Positions 1 to 8,198 of a stretch of 30,796 bases of DNA are shown piece by piece. The notes beneath the pieces are model-generated. The model saw nothing but the letters and a program-made list of their open reading frames with translations, was not told the origin of the DNA and ran no database searches. Both the position numbers and the translations under genes were made by a program. The stretch is from positions 1-30,796 of the IMG/VR virus record IMGVR_UViG_3300016476_001223. One strand, 5' to 3'. Positions within the stretch are counted from its first letter, which is position 1; every line of letters begins with the position of its first letter. This stretch comes from a virus. Lineage: Duplodnaviria; Caudoviricetes.

Positions 1-5
1 ACTTA

Positions 6-53
6 TAACGTCCGATGATAAACAATCGTTTTAATGTTGTTTATCATTTGTTA
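6..53 (+). repeat. attC-like recombination site 1
   Basis: TAAC(6-9), 5 nt, ATGATAAACAA / TTGTTTATCAT 11-bp inverted repeat around loop TCGTTTTAATG, 2 nt, GTTA(50-53). Confidence 0.7.
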
Positions 54-83
54 TGTATATGTAAATTTTTAATTAAACGAATT

Positions 84-302
84 ATGAAAAAGAACAAAAC
101 TCGAAATATAGACGAACAACTTCAAAAATTGTTATATGAAGAATATGGAGAAGAATACATTCAATGGTATAAGAAAACTTTTGATGTTAAATTATATTTT
201 GATGGAGCGGAAACTTCGGATAGAGGTTATTTAACAGATAAAGAGTTTGATGAATGGAAAGAGGAAAAATGGAAACAATTTTTGACTAAGTATGGTTATT
301 AA
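84..302 (+). CDS. hypothetical cassette protein (72 aa)
   Basis: ORF 15..302; the in-frame ATG at 84 in A-rich context is a more plausible start than the ATG inside the hairpin. Stop lies just before the next TAAC site. Confidence 0.6.
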   Translation: MKKNKTRNIDEQLQKLLYEEYGEEYIQWYKKTFDVKLYFDGAETSDRGYLTDKEFDEWKEEKWKQFLTKYGY

Positions 303-316
303 AAATTTATTATACA

Positions 317-441
317 TAACGGTCACAGATATATTCAGTTGTTTACTTAAATTAAAACACAAATGATAAAAGAAGAAGAATATTTAAAAGCAAAACAGAT
401 AGTTCAAGAATACGAAAAACAATTGAATATATCTGATGTTA
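317..441 (+). repeat. attC-like recombination site 2 (large coding loop)
   Basis: TAAC(317-320), 5 nt, CAGATATATTCAGTTG(326-341) / CAATTGAATATATCTG(420-435), 2 nt, GTTA(438-441). Confidence 0.7.
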
Positions 442-698
442 GGCAACGTTCTATTGCAGTAATTTCATTAGATACTAATGATTTCAAACTTTGGAAAACG
501 GATAACAATTTAAAACACGATGGATTAGACACACAAAGAAGATTTAAAGTTGGTAATGCCACATATTATTGTATTTCCAAAGTTTGTGATTTATGTTCAC
601 TTGCTATTGATGAAATTATAGAAACAAAATACGCTAAAGAAAACAAAGAGTATGAACAAATAAAATTAGTTGCAAGAGGCAATGTGAATGTTGTCTAA
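363..698 (+). CDS. hypothetical protein that starts inside attC-like site 2 and reads into the next cassette
   Basis: 111-aa ORF; QLNISDVR is encoded by the 3' arm of the hairpin; the stop TAA is part of the next site's TAAC. Confidence 0.7.
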   Translation: MIKEEEYLKAKQIVQEYEKQLNISDVRQRSIAVISLDTNDFKLWKTDNNLKHDGLDTQRRFKVGNATYYCISKVCDLCSLAIDEIIETKYAKENKEYEQIKLVARGNVNVV

Positions 699-744
699 CG
701 TTTTGCGTATAAAAAATCGTTTTAATGTTTTTTATACGCTGTTA
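696..744 (+). repeat. attC-like recombination site 3
   Basis: GTCTAAC, 5 nt, GCGTATAAAAAA / TTTTTTATACGC 12-bp inverted repeat around the same loop TCGTTTTAATG as site 1, 1 nt, GTTA(741-744). Confidence 0.7.
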
Positions 745-779
745 GCTTTAGTTTTTTGGTGGAATTTAATAACGAAAAT

Positions 780-1010
780 ATGAATTGGATAAGTGTAAAT
801 GAAAAGATGCCTGAATGTTGGTCGCAACACGGCAAATCCTTTGCGACTGGATATTTACTAACCTATGATAAGTATGGTGAATATCAAATAAACCAATATT
901 GGAAACATGGAGAACATACAAGCAAAGGATGGATTAAAAGTAGTGAAGGTTGGGAAGAATGTGATGGGGAAGTAACTCATTGGTGCGAACTAACTCCACC
1001 AAAAAATTGA
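780..1010 (+). CDS. DUF551-like phage protein
   Basis: MNWISVNEKMPE...VTHWCELTPP fits the WISV-x-LP / VTHW-x-LP-PP family pattern; ATG at 780 preferred over TTG at 756. Confidence 0.65.
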   Translation: MNWISVNEKMPECWSQHGKSFATGYLLTYDKYGEYQINQYWKHGEHTSKGWIKSSEGWEECDGEVTHWCELTPPKN

Positions 1011-1031
1011 AGCTAACTCGTATATATACGA
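1010..1031 (+). repeat. terminal or degenerate cassette-array site
   Basis: AAGCTAAC(1010-1017) is the reverse complement of GTTAGCTT(741-748); it is followed by the palindrome TCGTATATATACGA instead of a full hairpin. Confidence 0.5.
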
Positions 1032-1125
1032 CATTAAATATAAATTATTAACACACATCTAGTTACGTTTTAAAAAAGCAAATTACTCTGAAATTTGCAA
1101 ATAAAATAATATAATATAATTTATT

Positions 1126-1332
1126 ATGAATAGATCAAGCAGATTAAGAACCATACAAATAGAAGATGAAATATATTCTGAAACACAAATTAGCAATATG
1201 ACTTATAATGAATTGCATATGTTAGTTAGTTTCTGTGATAATATTAAACAATTAAATTTTATAAAACATTACACAAACATTGAAAGGGTTCAAGTTTATA
1301 TAGATAACTTAATTATAAAGTGTGGTTTATAA
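1126..1332 (+). CDS. hypothetical protein
   Basis: 68-aa ORF followed by a terminator hairpin. Confidence 0.55.
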   Translation: MNRSSRLRTIQIEDEIYSETQISNMTYNELHMLVSFCDNIKQLNFIKHYTNIERVQVYIDNLIIKCGL

Positions 1333-1350
1333 TTTAAAAAGATTTTCTTA

Positions 1351-1388
1351 AAAAGGAGTGATTAAATTTATTCACTCCTTTTTTTTTA
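1351..1388 (+). terminator. intrinsic terminator
   Basis: AAAAGGAGTGA / TCACTCCTTTT stem followed by a T-tract. Confidence 0.75.
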
Positions 1389-1403
1389 TTAATTTTTATT
1401 TAT

Positions 1404-1411
1404 TATATTTG
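1404..1411 (+). promoter_or_regulatory. Bacteroidota housekeeping-sigma -7 element
   Basis: TATATTTG matches TAnnTTTG; lies between the terminator and ORF 1435. Confidence 0.55.
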
Positions 1412-1434
1412 TTAAAAATGAAATAACTTCTTTT

Positions 1435-1653
1435 ATGAAAAATAATATGAACCAGACAGCATTAAATAGTTTAATTGAAAAATTATTACCATTCATAGAT
1501 AGATCTAAAATTAGCGATACGATGTTACAGAACATTTCAGAAGAACATATAATGTTAGAGAAAAAGCAAATTGAGGATGCTCTTGAGTTTGGCTGGAAAA
1601 GTATGTCACATGAATTAAAAGAGTATTATAACAATACTTTCAAACAAAAATAA
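1435..1653 (+). CDS. hypothetical phage protein
   Basis: 72-aa ORF with the QTAL...EKKQIEDA...EYYNNTF pattern of small modular phage proteins. Confidence 0.65.
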   Translation: MKNNMNQTALNSLIEKLLPFIDRSKISDTMLQNISEEHIMLEKKQIEDALEFGWKSMSHELKEYYNNTFKQK

Positions 1654-1654
1654 T

Positions 1655-1747
1655 ATGAGCGATGAATATGATGATGATGATGGATGGTTATACATTATGG
1701 CTTTATCAATCATTTTTTGTGTTGCTTTTTATCAACTTTTTAAATAA
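1655..1747 (+). CDS. single-TM microprotein (30 aa)
   Basis: MSDEYDDDDGWLYIMALSIIFCVAFYQLFK; tightly packed after the previous stop; below the ORF-track cutoff. Confidence 0.55.
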   Translation: MSDEYDDDDGWLYIMALSIIFCVAFYQLFK

Positions 1748-1753
1748 CATATT

Positions 1754-1840
1754 ATGAAAAGAATAATTATAGCTGCAATTGCATTTGTACTAGGATTCAC
1801 GATAATGCAAATTATTTTACATCAAGTAATACTAAAATAA
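1754..1840 (+). CDS. single-TM microprotein (28 aa)
   Basis: MKRIIIAAIAFVLGFTIMQIILHQVILK; stop overlaps the next start (TAATG). Confidence 0.6.
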   Translation: MKRIIIAAIAFVLGFTIMQIILHQVILK

Positions 1841-2403
1841 TGAAAGGAAAACTTATCAAAAGAACCAATGAAAGATATGATTTGTATTATTCAGAAGATA
1901 TAAATCAATTAAATACTATTGCATCAACGCAGCACGAGCCAAATATTGGAAAATTATCTATTCAAAACTGTCAAGCAATTGAGAATGGTTATTATGATTT
2001 GGATGAGCTGGCTAAAGACTATGCGATTAACCAATTAGCAAATCCAAATGAGTATGAACATAGTATATATGCTGCTACAATTCAAAATACTTATATGGTT
2101 GGATTCAAAAAAGCACTTGAACTTCTTGGTGATAAGAAGTATAGTGAGGAAGATATTATAATCGCTATGACTTGTATGCAAGGTCAAGAAGTATTCTATG
2201 AAAAAACATATGAAGAAACTCAAAAATCAAGAGAAAGTTACATAAAAAACTATATCCAATCACTACAACAAGCTGAATGGGATGTATGGATAACTATGGC
2301 TTGTGGATTATCTAATGGGTGTACTGAGCCAAATGTTGAATGCTCTTGTGAAATAGTTCCTGCTGTAGATGAAGAAGGTTTTTTAATTTTTAATAAAATA
2401 TAA
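1840..2403 (+). CDS. modular paralog family, copy 1
   Basis: Blocks NCQAIENGY / GFKKALELLGDKKYSEED / IQSLQQAEWDV shared with ORFs at 3275, 10512 and 11818. Confidence 0.85.
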   Translation: MKGKLIKRTNERYDLYYSEDINQLNTIASTQHEPNIGKLSIQNCQAIENGYYDLDELAKDYAINQLANPNEYEHSIYAATIQNTYMVGFKKALELLGDKKYSEEDIIIAMTCMQGQEVFYEKTYEETQKSRESYIKNYIQSLQQAEWDVWITMACGLSNGCTEPNVECSCEIVPAVDEEGFLIFNKI

Positions 2404-2404
2404 A

Positions 2405-2953
2405 ATGAAAATGATTGCGATAATATTCTTAATTTTAATTGTTGTTCTGTTATCTTGTCATAAAAAAGATGACAATGGTTTCTATATTTTCAAAATTAAG
2501 AAAGGTAACCATAGATCAGTTAATAGAGTTGGGTTTACAAAAACAAATAATCTATCTTTTTCTTTCATAATGACAGAATCTTGCAACTATGAATTATCAA
2601 ATGCAGAAAATCAATATGATATCAATAAGTTATTTGGAATGAGTGATGGTGGAAATCATATGGATAATTCTGCCAGGCTTGGATGGAGAAGTATTGATGG
2701 TAAAATTGAAATATTTGGTTATACGCACAATAATGGACAATTCTTTTTTGAAAAGATATGTGATGCAAAACCAAATATTGAATATAATTGTCAAATTAGT
2801 TTCCTAGCAGATAAATATGTTTTTATCGTTGATTCTAATACCCTAGAAATGGATAGGTATAAAGATAATAATAAAAGGAAGTATTTGCTATATCCTTATT
2901 TTGGGGGCGATGAAGTTGCTCCGCATGATATAATAATAAAAGTAAAATATTAA
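2405..2953 (+). CDS. putative lipoprotein
   Basis: Hydrophobic N-terminus ending in LLSC (lipobox-like); mature region appears beta-rich. Confidence 0.7.
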   Translation: MKMIAIIFLILIVVLLSCHKKDDNGFYIFKIKKGNHRSVNRVGFTKTNNLSFSFIMTESCNYELSNAENQYDINKLFGMSDGGNHMDNSARLGWRSIDGKIEIFGYTHNNGQFFFEKICDAKPNIEYNCQISFLADKYVFIVDSNTLEMDRYKDNNKRKYLLYPYFGGDEVAPHDIIIKVKY

Positions 2954-2955
2954 AT

Positions 2956-3285
2956 ATGGGAATTAACTTACACGAAAAATTGTTAGAGATAAAACAAGAC
3001 TATAAAAATCTAACAAATAAGAATTCTGAACAGATTAACATCATATCAAACAAAATATTAGATGTTTTTGAATATGAGTATGCCACTTTATTAAAATCCG
3101 AAAATCCAAATTATTCAGAACTAAAAGAATTTATTATGTGTTTTATACATGGTAGATTTAAAAAACAATTAAAGTTTAATTTATGGACTGCAATGGCTTT
3201 TTATACTCAAACAGAGTTAACTAATCATGTTAAAAATGTAATGAGGTATAAATATCCAACTAAAACTAAAAAACATGAAAGATAA
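2956..3285 (+). CDS. hypothetical protein
   Basis: 109-aa ORF in operon-like packing. Confidence 0.65.
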   Translation: MGINLHEKLLEIKQDYKNLTNKNSEQINIISNKILDVFEYEYATLLKSENPNYSELKEFIMCFIHGRFKKQLKFNLWTAMAFYTQTELTNHVKNVMRYKYPTKTKKHER

Positions 3286-3772
3286 ATTACGCAAATATAA
3301 TAATGGAATTTATGTGTTATATGATTGTGATGGTGACATCATAGCATCAAGCGACCTTAAAACATCAACAAGTAAAAAGCTTTCTGTAAAAAACTGCCAA
3401 GCAATTGAGAATGGTTATGATTTGGAAGATTTAGCTTATGATTTTTCTTGGAATTATCAATCTGATCCAAATTATGGTGATACAACTAATATATTCAAAG
3501 CAGGCTTCCAAAAAGCACTTGAAATTATTGGTGATAAGAAGTTTAGTATAAATGAAGTTGTAGAACTATGTAAAATACTAATAAGTAATCCTTTTGAAAG
3601 AAGTGGAAAAACTTATCAAGAGTTAACAGATTCTTATGTCCAATCACTACAACAAACTGAATGGGATGTTGAATTAGTGATGGTCCCAGCATTGTCAAAT
3701 AATGGTAATGTGTATTATGGTGATATACCAAAACTTGATGCAGATGGATGTTTAATACTTAAAAGAATATAG
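3275..3772 (+). CDS. modular paralog family, copy 2
   Basis: Same conserved blocks; ends PKLDADGCLILKRI. Confidence 0.85.
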   Translation: MKDKLRKYNNGIYVLYDCDGDIIASSDLKTSTSKKLSVKNCQAIENGYDLEDLAYDFSWNYQSDPNYGDTTNIFKAGFQKALEIIGDKKFSINEVVELCKILISNPFERSGKTYQELTDSYVQSLQQTEWDVELVMVPALSNNGNVYYGDIPKLDADGCLILKRI

Positions 3773-3817
3773 TATGAAACAAATGATAATAGACTTTTTC
3801 TATAACGAAAAATAAAA

Positions 3818-3904
3818 ATGAAAAGATTTTTACAAAAAATAATACTTTGGCTATCATTTAAATTCGATATAAAGAAAAAAAGAAAGGATATTTGGGAGTT
3901 GTAA
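3818..3904 (+). CDS. basic microprotein (28 aa)
   Basis: MKRFLQKIILWLSFKFDIKKKRKDIWEL after an A-rich leader; fills an intergenic gap. Confidence 0.4.
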   Translation: MKRFLQKIILWLSFKFDIKKKRKDIWEL

Positions 3905-3929
3905 AAAATTTTTAGAAATAATAAATAAC

Positions 3930-4373
3930 ATGAACAGAAACATTCCAAACAAAAATAATAATTTAGTTTCTTTTTTTTTAAAAGAAAAACTAGATAACTT
4001 CCAAGAAGAATATGAAAACCTAATGATTAATACAGAAAAATCATTAGAAAAAAAGTTAATAGATGTTTTTAATAAGTTGGGAATTCACGCCTCAACAAAA
4101 ACAGATAGGTATTCTCTTCCCTACAACAATCAAGTAAAAATAACTCAATATGGAGAATCTTATGTTAACGCAGCTTATAATTCAGAAAAATTATTTAGAG
4201 AAGCTGTAAAAAAAATTTTAGATCAAAATGTTTATAAATTTAGATTTTATATTTTTATAGAAGTTATTGATTTAGAGCCTATGAAAATAGTTGACCCAAT
4301 AGATTCAAAAAAATTTTTTAATATAAACAGAGAAGCAGTTAATCTTTACTTTAATTATCATATTCAAAAATAA
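3930..4373 (+). CDS. hypothetical protein
   Basis: 147-aa ORF. Confidence 0.65.
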   Translation: MNRNIPNKNNNLVSFFLKEKLDNFQEEYENLMINTEKSLEKKLIDVFNKLGIHASTKTDRYSLPYNNQVKITQYGESYVNAAYNSEKLFREAVKKILDQNVYKFRFYIFIEVIDLEPMKIVDPIDSKKFFNINREAVNLYFNYHIQK

Positions 4374-4389
4374 ATATTAGTATCTTATT

Positions 4390-4415
4390 TGAAACTTTTT
4401 TACCTTATAGTCGTA
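4390..4415 (+). promoter_or_regulatory. ECF-type promoter
   Basis: TGAAAC-N16-CGTA upstream of ORF 4439. Confidence 0.7.
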
Positions 4416-4438
4416 TATTAATTTAAAAATAAAAAGTT

Positions 4439-4678
4439 ATGGAAGGTAAATCAGTGAAGCGCAGAAAGTTTGAAAATCCTACAATCGAAGTTAATTTGTG
4501 GGAATATCATACATTGGTAAATCAAATTACAATACCTAATTTCGTTAAAACTCCTGGAGTTATTATTGTTAATGGTGAATGTTATATGTTTACTGACAAT
4601 CGTAACACCCATCAAGATAATAAATTAAATTACATTAAAACTACGATGTATAATGTTGAAAATTTAAACAACAATTAA
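4439..4678 (+). CDS. hypothetical protein
   Basis: 79-aa ORF downstream of an ECF-type promoter. Confidence 0.65.
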   Translation: MEGKSVKRRKFENPTIEVNLWEYHTLVNQITIPNFVKTPGVIIVNGECYMFTDNRNTHQDNKLNYIKTTMYNVENLNNN

Positions 4679-4706
4679 AATGATTGAAGAATTAATTAAA
4701 TAATAT

Positions 4707-4955
4707 ATGAGCACATTAAAAGCATCAGATTTAACAACAGCTAATTTCGGATCAAACTCTATAACGATTGGATATAACGCAATAAATACACTTGATAATT
4801 GTATAGTTATTAGTTGCAGCCCAGAAGGTCAACCAAATACCCTAGAGTTTAGACAAAATGGAGATATACTAGTACATGGAAAACTAATTGAATCAGACAA
4901 AGAAATTGTTGATGGGTTTAGAACTTTCCTAGAGAATATTCTAAAGCAAAAATAA
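4707..4955 (+). CDS. hypothetical protein
   Basis: 82-aa ORF. Confidence 0.65.
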   Translation: MSTLKASDLTTANFGSNSITIGYNAINTLDNCIVISCSPEGQPNTLEFRQNGDILVHGKLIESDKEIVDGFRTFLENILKQK

Positions 4956-4964
4956 ATTTTTTTT

Positions 4965-4990
4965 TGTAACTTTTAATATTTATCATCGTA
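4965..4990 (+). promoter_or_regulatory. ECF-type promoter
   Basis: TGTAAC-N16-CGTA upstream of a microprotein and the tRNA-like RNAs. Confidence 0.75.
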
Positions 4991-5016
4991 TAATAATAAA
5001 AGTTAAATTAAATATT

Positions 5017-5088
5017 ATGGAAATTCTTATTGGTATTTTAATTGCTTCTATGATTTGGGCAATTTTAGGTGGTTTTAAAAAACATTAG
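5017..5088 (+). CDS. single-TM microprotein (23 aa)
   Basis: MEILIGILIASMIWAILGGFKKH directly after the promoter. Confidence 0.55.
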   Translation: MEILIGILIASMIWAILGGFKKH

Positions 5089-5097
5089 ATTGTAATT

Positions 5098-5230
5098 AGC
5101 TAGGTGGGCGTAATGAGGAATGGTGTCCAAGCCCCCAAGACCTATAGACCCAAAATTTGGGTTTTCTATGGAGTCGCAAGGTTGTCTAATCCGTCTTGAA
5201 CGGTATACGGTTCGAGTCCGTCCCTAGCTA
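5098..5230 (+). ncRNA. tRNA-like RNA with a large insertion in place of the anticodon arm
   Basis: Acceptor AGCTAGG/CCTAGCT-A; T-arm ACGG-TTCGAGT-CCGT; internal long hairpin (ATAGA-CCCAA..TTGGG..TCTAT) and CCGT-CTTGA-ACGG arm; 133 nt. Confidence 0.65.
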
Positions 5231-5301
5231 CTGACAATAAAACTTTGGGGTCAGGGTTTTGTTGGCACTGAAAGGTGTGTGTTTTCAACGGTTCGAGTCC
5301 G

Positions 5302-5373
5302 AGTCAGGTGGTCGATAATGGCAATGGCGATTACGGAAGTAATAGAATATAGGTTCGAATCCTATCCTGGCTA
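5302..5373 (+). ncRNA. tRNA-like RNA with a GNRA tetraloop instead of an anticodon loop
   Basis: Acceptor AGTCAGG/CCTGGCT-A; D-stem GTCG/TGGC; ATTAC-GGAA-GTAAT; T-arm ATAGG-TTCGAAT-CCTAT; 72 nt. Confidence 0.7.
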
Positions 5374-5400
5374 CAAACAAAAATAAATAAATTAAATATT

Positions 5401-5928
5401 ATGGGACTAGATATTAGTGTATATAAAAACATAGACTTTGATTCCTTTAAAGATAGAGGAGGAATGACAGAAGAAGAAATAGATGATTCATTTGACAATA
5501 TGCTGTATTTGTACGCATTTGATACTGACTATAATCAAACTGACGACATAAAACCAGGTTTTTATAATGACCCTCAAAGAACGCTAAGTTTTCGTGCAGG
5601 TAGCTATTCTGGATATAATATTTTTAGAAGCATTCTTTGTCAATCTTTCTTTGGATTTAAACCTGAAAAAATTTGGGAAAATCCAGAAAATTATACAGGA
5701 CAAGATTTTGTCGAATTAATAAACTTCTCAGATTGTGAAGGGTTTATTGGTTATAAAACTTCACAAAAATTATATAATGACTTTATCAAAAACAAAGATA
5801 AGTTTGTAAAATACTTAGAAAATGAATGTTTTGAAGAAAATTCCAAATTATATTACATAGACAAATATGATGAATGGACCGAAGCATTTCAAGTTGCATC
5901 AGAACAAGGAGTTGTTGTTTTTTCATAA
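5401..5928 (+). CDS. hypothetical phage protein (MGLD-start type)
   Basis: 175-aa acidic ORF with RAGSYSGYN and LINFSDCEG motifs. Confidence 0.8.
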   Translation: MGLDISVYKNIDFDSFKDRGGMTEEEIDDSFDNMLYLYAFDTDYNQTDDIKPGFYNDPQRTLSFRAGSYSGYNIFRSILCQSFFGFKPEKIWENPENYTGQDFVELINFSDCEGFIGYKTSQKLYNDFIKNKDKFVKYLENECFEENSKLYYIDKYDEWTEAFQVASEQGVVVFS

Positions 5929-5958
5929 TATAATATAACATCCTTTAAACACAACAAA

Positions 5959-6357
5959 ATGAGAACAAGCGACTTTAGAATAGGAAACATTGTATTGGTT
6001 GATAACTTGAATGAATGTAAAGTTATTGAAATCAAAGAAAAACATCTTAGGGTTAAAAATTTACAAACAACCGATACACCATTTGATGTTGAAATTGGGA
6101 GAATATTTCCATTGCAACTTTCAGAAGAAAAGTTATTATCTTTTCAGTTTGAAGAATGTGGATATGATTTGTTGTTCTGGAAACATGATAAATTGCCTCA
6201 TGTACAATTCGCAGGAATCAATTGGGCTGACAGAGATATACCAGAATATCAGTTTCTTAATGTTAAAGTTGATCATGAAATAATTAAAATAGACTTTGTT
6301 CACCAATTACAAAACTTGTTCCATTCTTTGACTCATGAAGATTTGGAAATAATATAA
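5959..6357 (+). CDS. conserved hypothetical phage protein
   Basis: FRIGN...PLQLSEEKL...VHQLQNLFHSLT pattern, which I recognise from Bacteroidota phage ORFs. Confidence 0.75.
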   Translation: MRTSDFRIGNIVLVDNLNECKVIEIKEKHLRVKNLQTTDTPFDVEIGRIFPLQLSEEKLLSFQFEECGYDLLFWKHDKLPHVQFAGINWADRDIPEYQFLNVKVDHEIIKIDFVHQLQNLFHSLTHEDLEII

Positions 6358-6363
6358 GATAAT

Positions 6364-6651
6364 GTGAAAGTTTCTAGAGTAAATAAAACAGAAAAACACA
6401 TAACTATGACATTAAAACAATTTATAGATATATTTTATCGAAAAGTAGCAAATACATTCTATTCTAGATATAGTGTAGAAGTGATAGGATTCGCATTATC
6501 AGATGCAAGTTGGTATACCATAGATGAGATTGAAGAATCATTTAACCTTTTTAACAATGATAGAAAAACTTGGTTAGATGAATATGCATGGAGTGAAGAT
6601 GCTTGGGAAAAAGCTGATAACATAGATTGGTTAAAACCTTATATTATATAA
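6364..6651 (+). CDS. hypothetical protein
   Basis: 95-aa ORF; start uncertain (GTG versus a downstream ATG). Confidence 0.6.
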   Translation: MKVSRVNKTEKHITMTLKQFIDIFYRKVANTFYSRYSVEVIGFALSDASWYTIDEIEESFNLFNNDRKTWLDEYAWSEDAWEKADNIDWLKPYII

Positions 6652-6652
6652 C

Positions 6653-6967
6653 ATGGAATATACATTTAATCAGTTGCTAAAAGAAATTGCTGATGGGAAA
6701 AGACAAGTAGTTATAGAAATACCCAACACTGAACCAATCAAAGCAATCATTACAGATATAAATCTTGAAACACCTGATTGGAAACCTTTTAAGGTAAAAA
6801 TAATTACTGAAGGATTGACAATAACAGATACACGATGGACTGAATCTGAATTTGGTGGTGATGTTCTAGAAGAATACCAAAGGCCTTATACAGAAGATTG
6901 GATAATGGTAGAATTTATTACACACATAGATTTTGAAGAAGGTAAACAATTAACAATTGTATGTTAG
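6653..6967 (+). CDS. hypothetical protein
   Basis: 104-aa ORF, tightly packed. Confidence 0.7.
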   Translation: MEYTFNQLLKEIADGKRQVVIEIPNTEPIKAIITDINLETPDWKPFKVKIITEGLTITDTRWTESEFGGDVLEEYQRPYTEDWIMVEFITHIDFEEGKQLTIVC

Positions 6968-7254
6968 GAAAAACAAATAAGATGGAAAAAAGCATGAAAG
7001 AAGAAATAACGCCTTATACTGAAAACACTACAGAAGTTAGAATAAAATTGCAGATGATGGGTTATAAACCACTATCTTTCTTTCAAGGAAAAAAATATAT
7101 TAGACCTATGATTTCAACTTGGGCCAATAAAGATAGCACATGGAAACAATATGAATATTCAACTTTTGATAATCCTGAAGATTTAACATATTCAACAGTT
7201 TATTTAAAAGAAAGTGTTTTTTTAAATGAATTAATGTTATTAAAAGAAATATAA
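6961..7254 (+). CDS. hypothetical protein
   Basis: 97-aa ORF; start uncertain. Confidence 0.6.
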   Translation: MLGKTNKMEKSMKEEITPYTENTTEVRIKLQMMGYKPLSFFQGKKYIRPMISTWANKDSTWKQYEYSTFDNPEDLTYSTVYLKESVFLNELMLLKEI

Positions 7255-7255
7255 G

Positions 7256-7933
7256 ATGAAAAATATATTTTTATTACCAACAGATGAGCCAAGCAGGTTG
7301 TGGTTTGATAATTTAAGTCATAAATTAAAATTATCAGAAATGAAAACGTTAGTGGGTTATAAAGCATCACGAAACGTATATATCACAAATGATGAAGAAG
7401 TTAATATAGGCGACTATGTTATTGTTAGTTGTTCAGAAGAAGATATTGAAGAAGTAAGAATTGTTAAAGAATATTATAATGAACATTTCCTATTTGAGGG
7501 TAAATCTCAAATACATATGTTTAATTGCAAAAAAATCATCTTAACAACAGATTACAATTTAATCGAAGAAGGAATTCAAGCTGTTGATAATCATTTTTTG
7601 CAGTGGTTTGTTAATAATCAAAATTGTGAATTTATTTATGCTTATAATGATAGAGTAGTTGGATATCCATATGATAATTATACAATCATCATTCCAGAAG
7701 AAAGAAAGCCTTGGAGATTCTGTGAAACACCAGAAGAAAAATGTACAATGAATTATTGTGATGAAAATGGTTGTCAAAATAGAAAAAGAAATTTAACAGA
7801 CCCCATAGAAAAAACTGATGTAAATCATTTAGAATGGATGTATAATAGAATGATTGAAATTCATAACGAAAATCCAAACTATGATTATATGATCAAGTTT
7901 AAAGAAATAATTAACCAATTCAAAAATAAGTAA
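7256..7933 (+). CDS. modular hypothetical phage protein with a Cys-rich segment
   Basis: MKNIFLLPTDEPSRL...CKKIILTTD...FLQWFVNN plus FCETPEEKCTMNYCDENGC. Confidence 0.8.
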   Translation: MKNIFLLPTDEPSRLWFDNLSHKLKLSEMKTLVGYKASRNVYITNDEEVNIGDYVIVSCSEEDIEEVRIVKEYYNEHFLFEGKSQIHMFNCKKIILTTDYNLIEEGIQAVDNHFLQWFVNNQNCEFIYAYNDRVVGYPYDNYTIIIPEERKPWRFCETPEEKCTMNYCDENGCQNRKRNLTDPIEKTDVNHLEWMYNRMIEIHNENPNYDYMIKFKEIINQFKNK

Positions 7934-7934
7934 T

Positions 7935-8027
7935 ATGAAAACAGCATTTGTAGCCGCTGGATTAGCTTTGCTTTTCAGCGCATTAATAGTAGGTTATGGA
8001 GTATTAATTGATTGGGTAACACCATAA
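7935..8027 (+). CDS. single-TM microprotein (30 aa)
   Basis: MKTAFVAAGLALLFSALIVGYGVLIDWVTP, starting just after the previous stop. Confidence 0.6.
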   Translation: MKTAFVAAGLALLFSALIVGYGVLIDWVTP

Positions 8028-8040
8028 AAAAATAAATAAT

Positions 8041-8193
8041 ATGGCAACGGTATATAAAGTAGAGGTAGAAATAGTTTCTGATTGGGTTAATTATACAGAA
8101 GAACAAATAGCTGAAATGGTTAAAGAACAAATTGAAGCTGCAAGATTATCTAAAATGAGAGTTACTGAAGTTATTGTTAAAAGTAGAACATAA
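8041..8193 (+). CDS. small hypothetical protein (50 aa)
   Basis: MATVYKVEVEIVSDWVNYTEEQIAEMV...; fills the gap; below the ORF-track cutoff. Confidence 0.65.
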   Translation: MATVYKVEVEIVSDWVNYTEEQIAEMVKEQIEAARLSKMRVTEVIVKSRT

Positions 8194-8198
8194 AAGTT

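Noticed and set aside
5098-5230. Group I intron-containing tRNA
   Set aside because: The insertion is only ~60 nt, far too short, and no splice junction restoring a 7-nt anticodon loop was evident.
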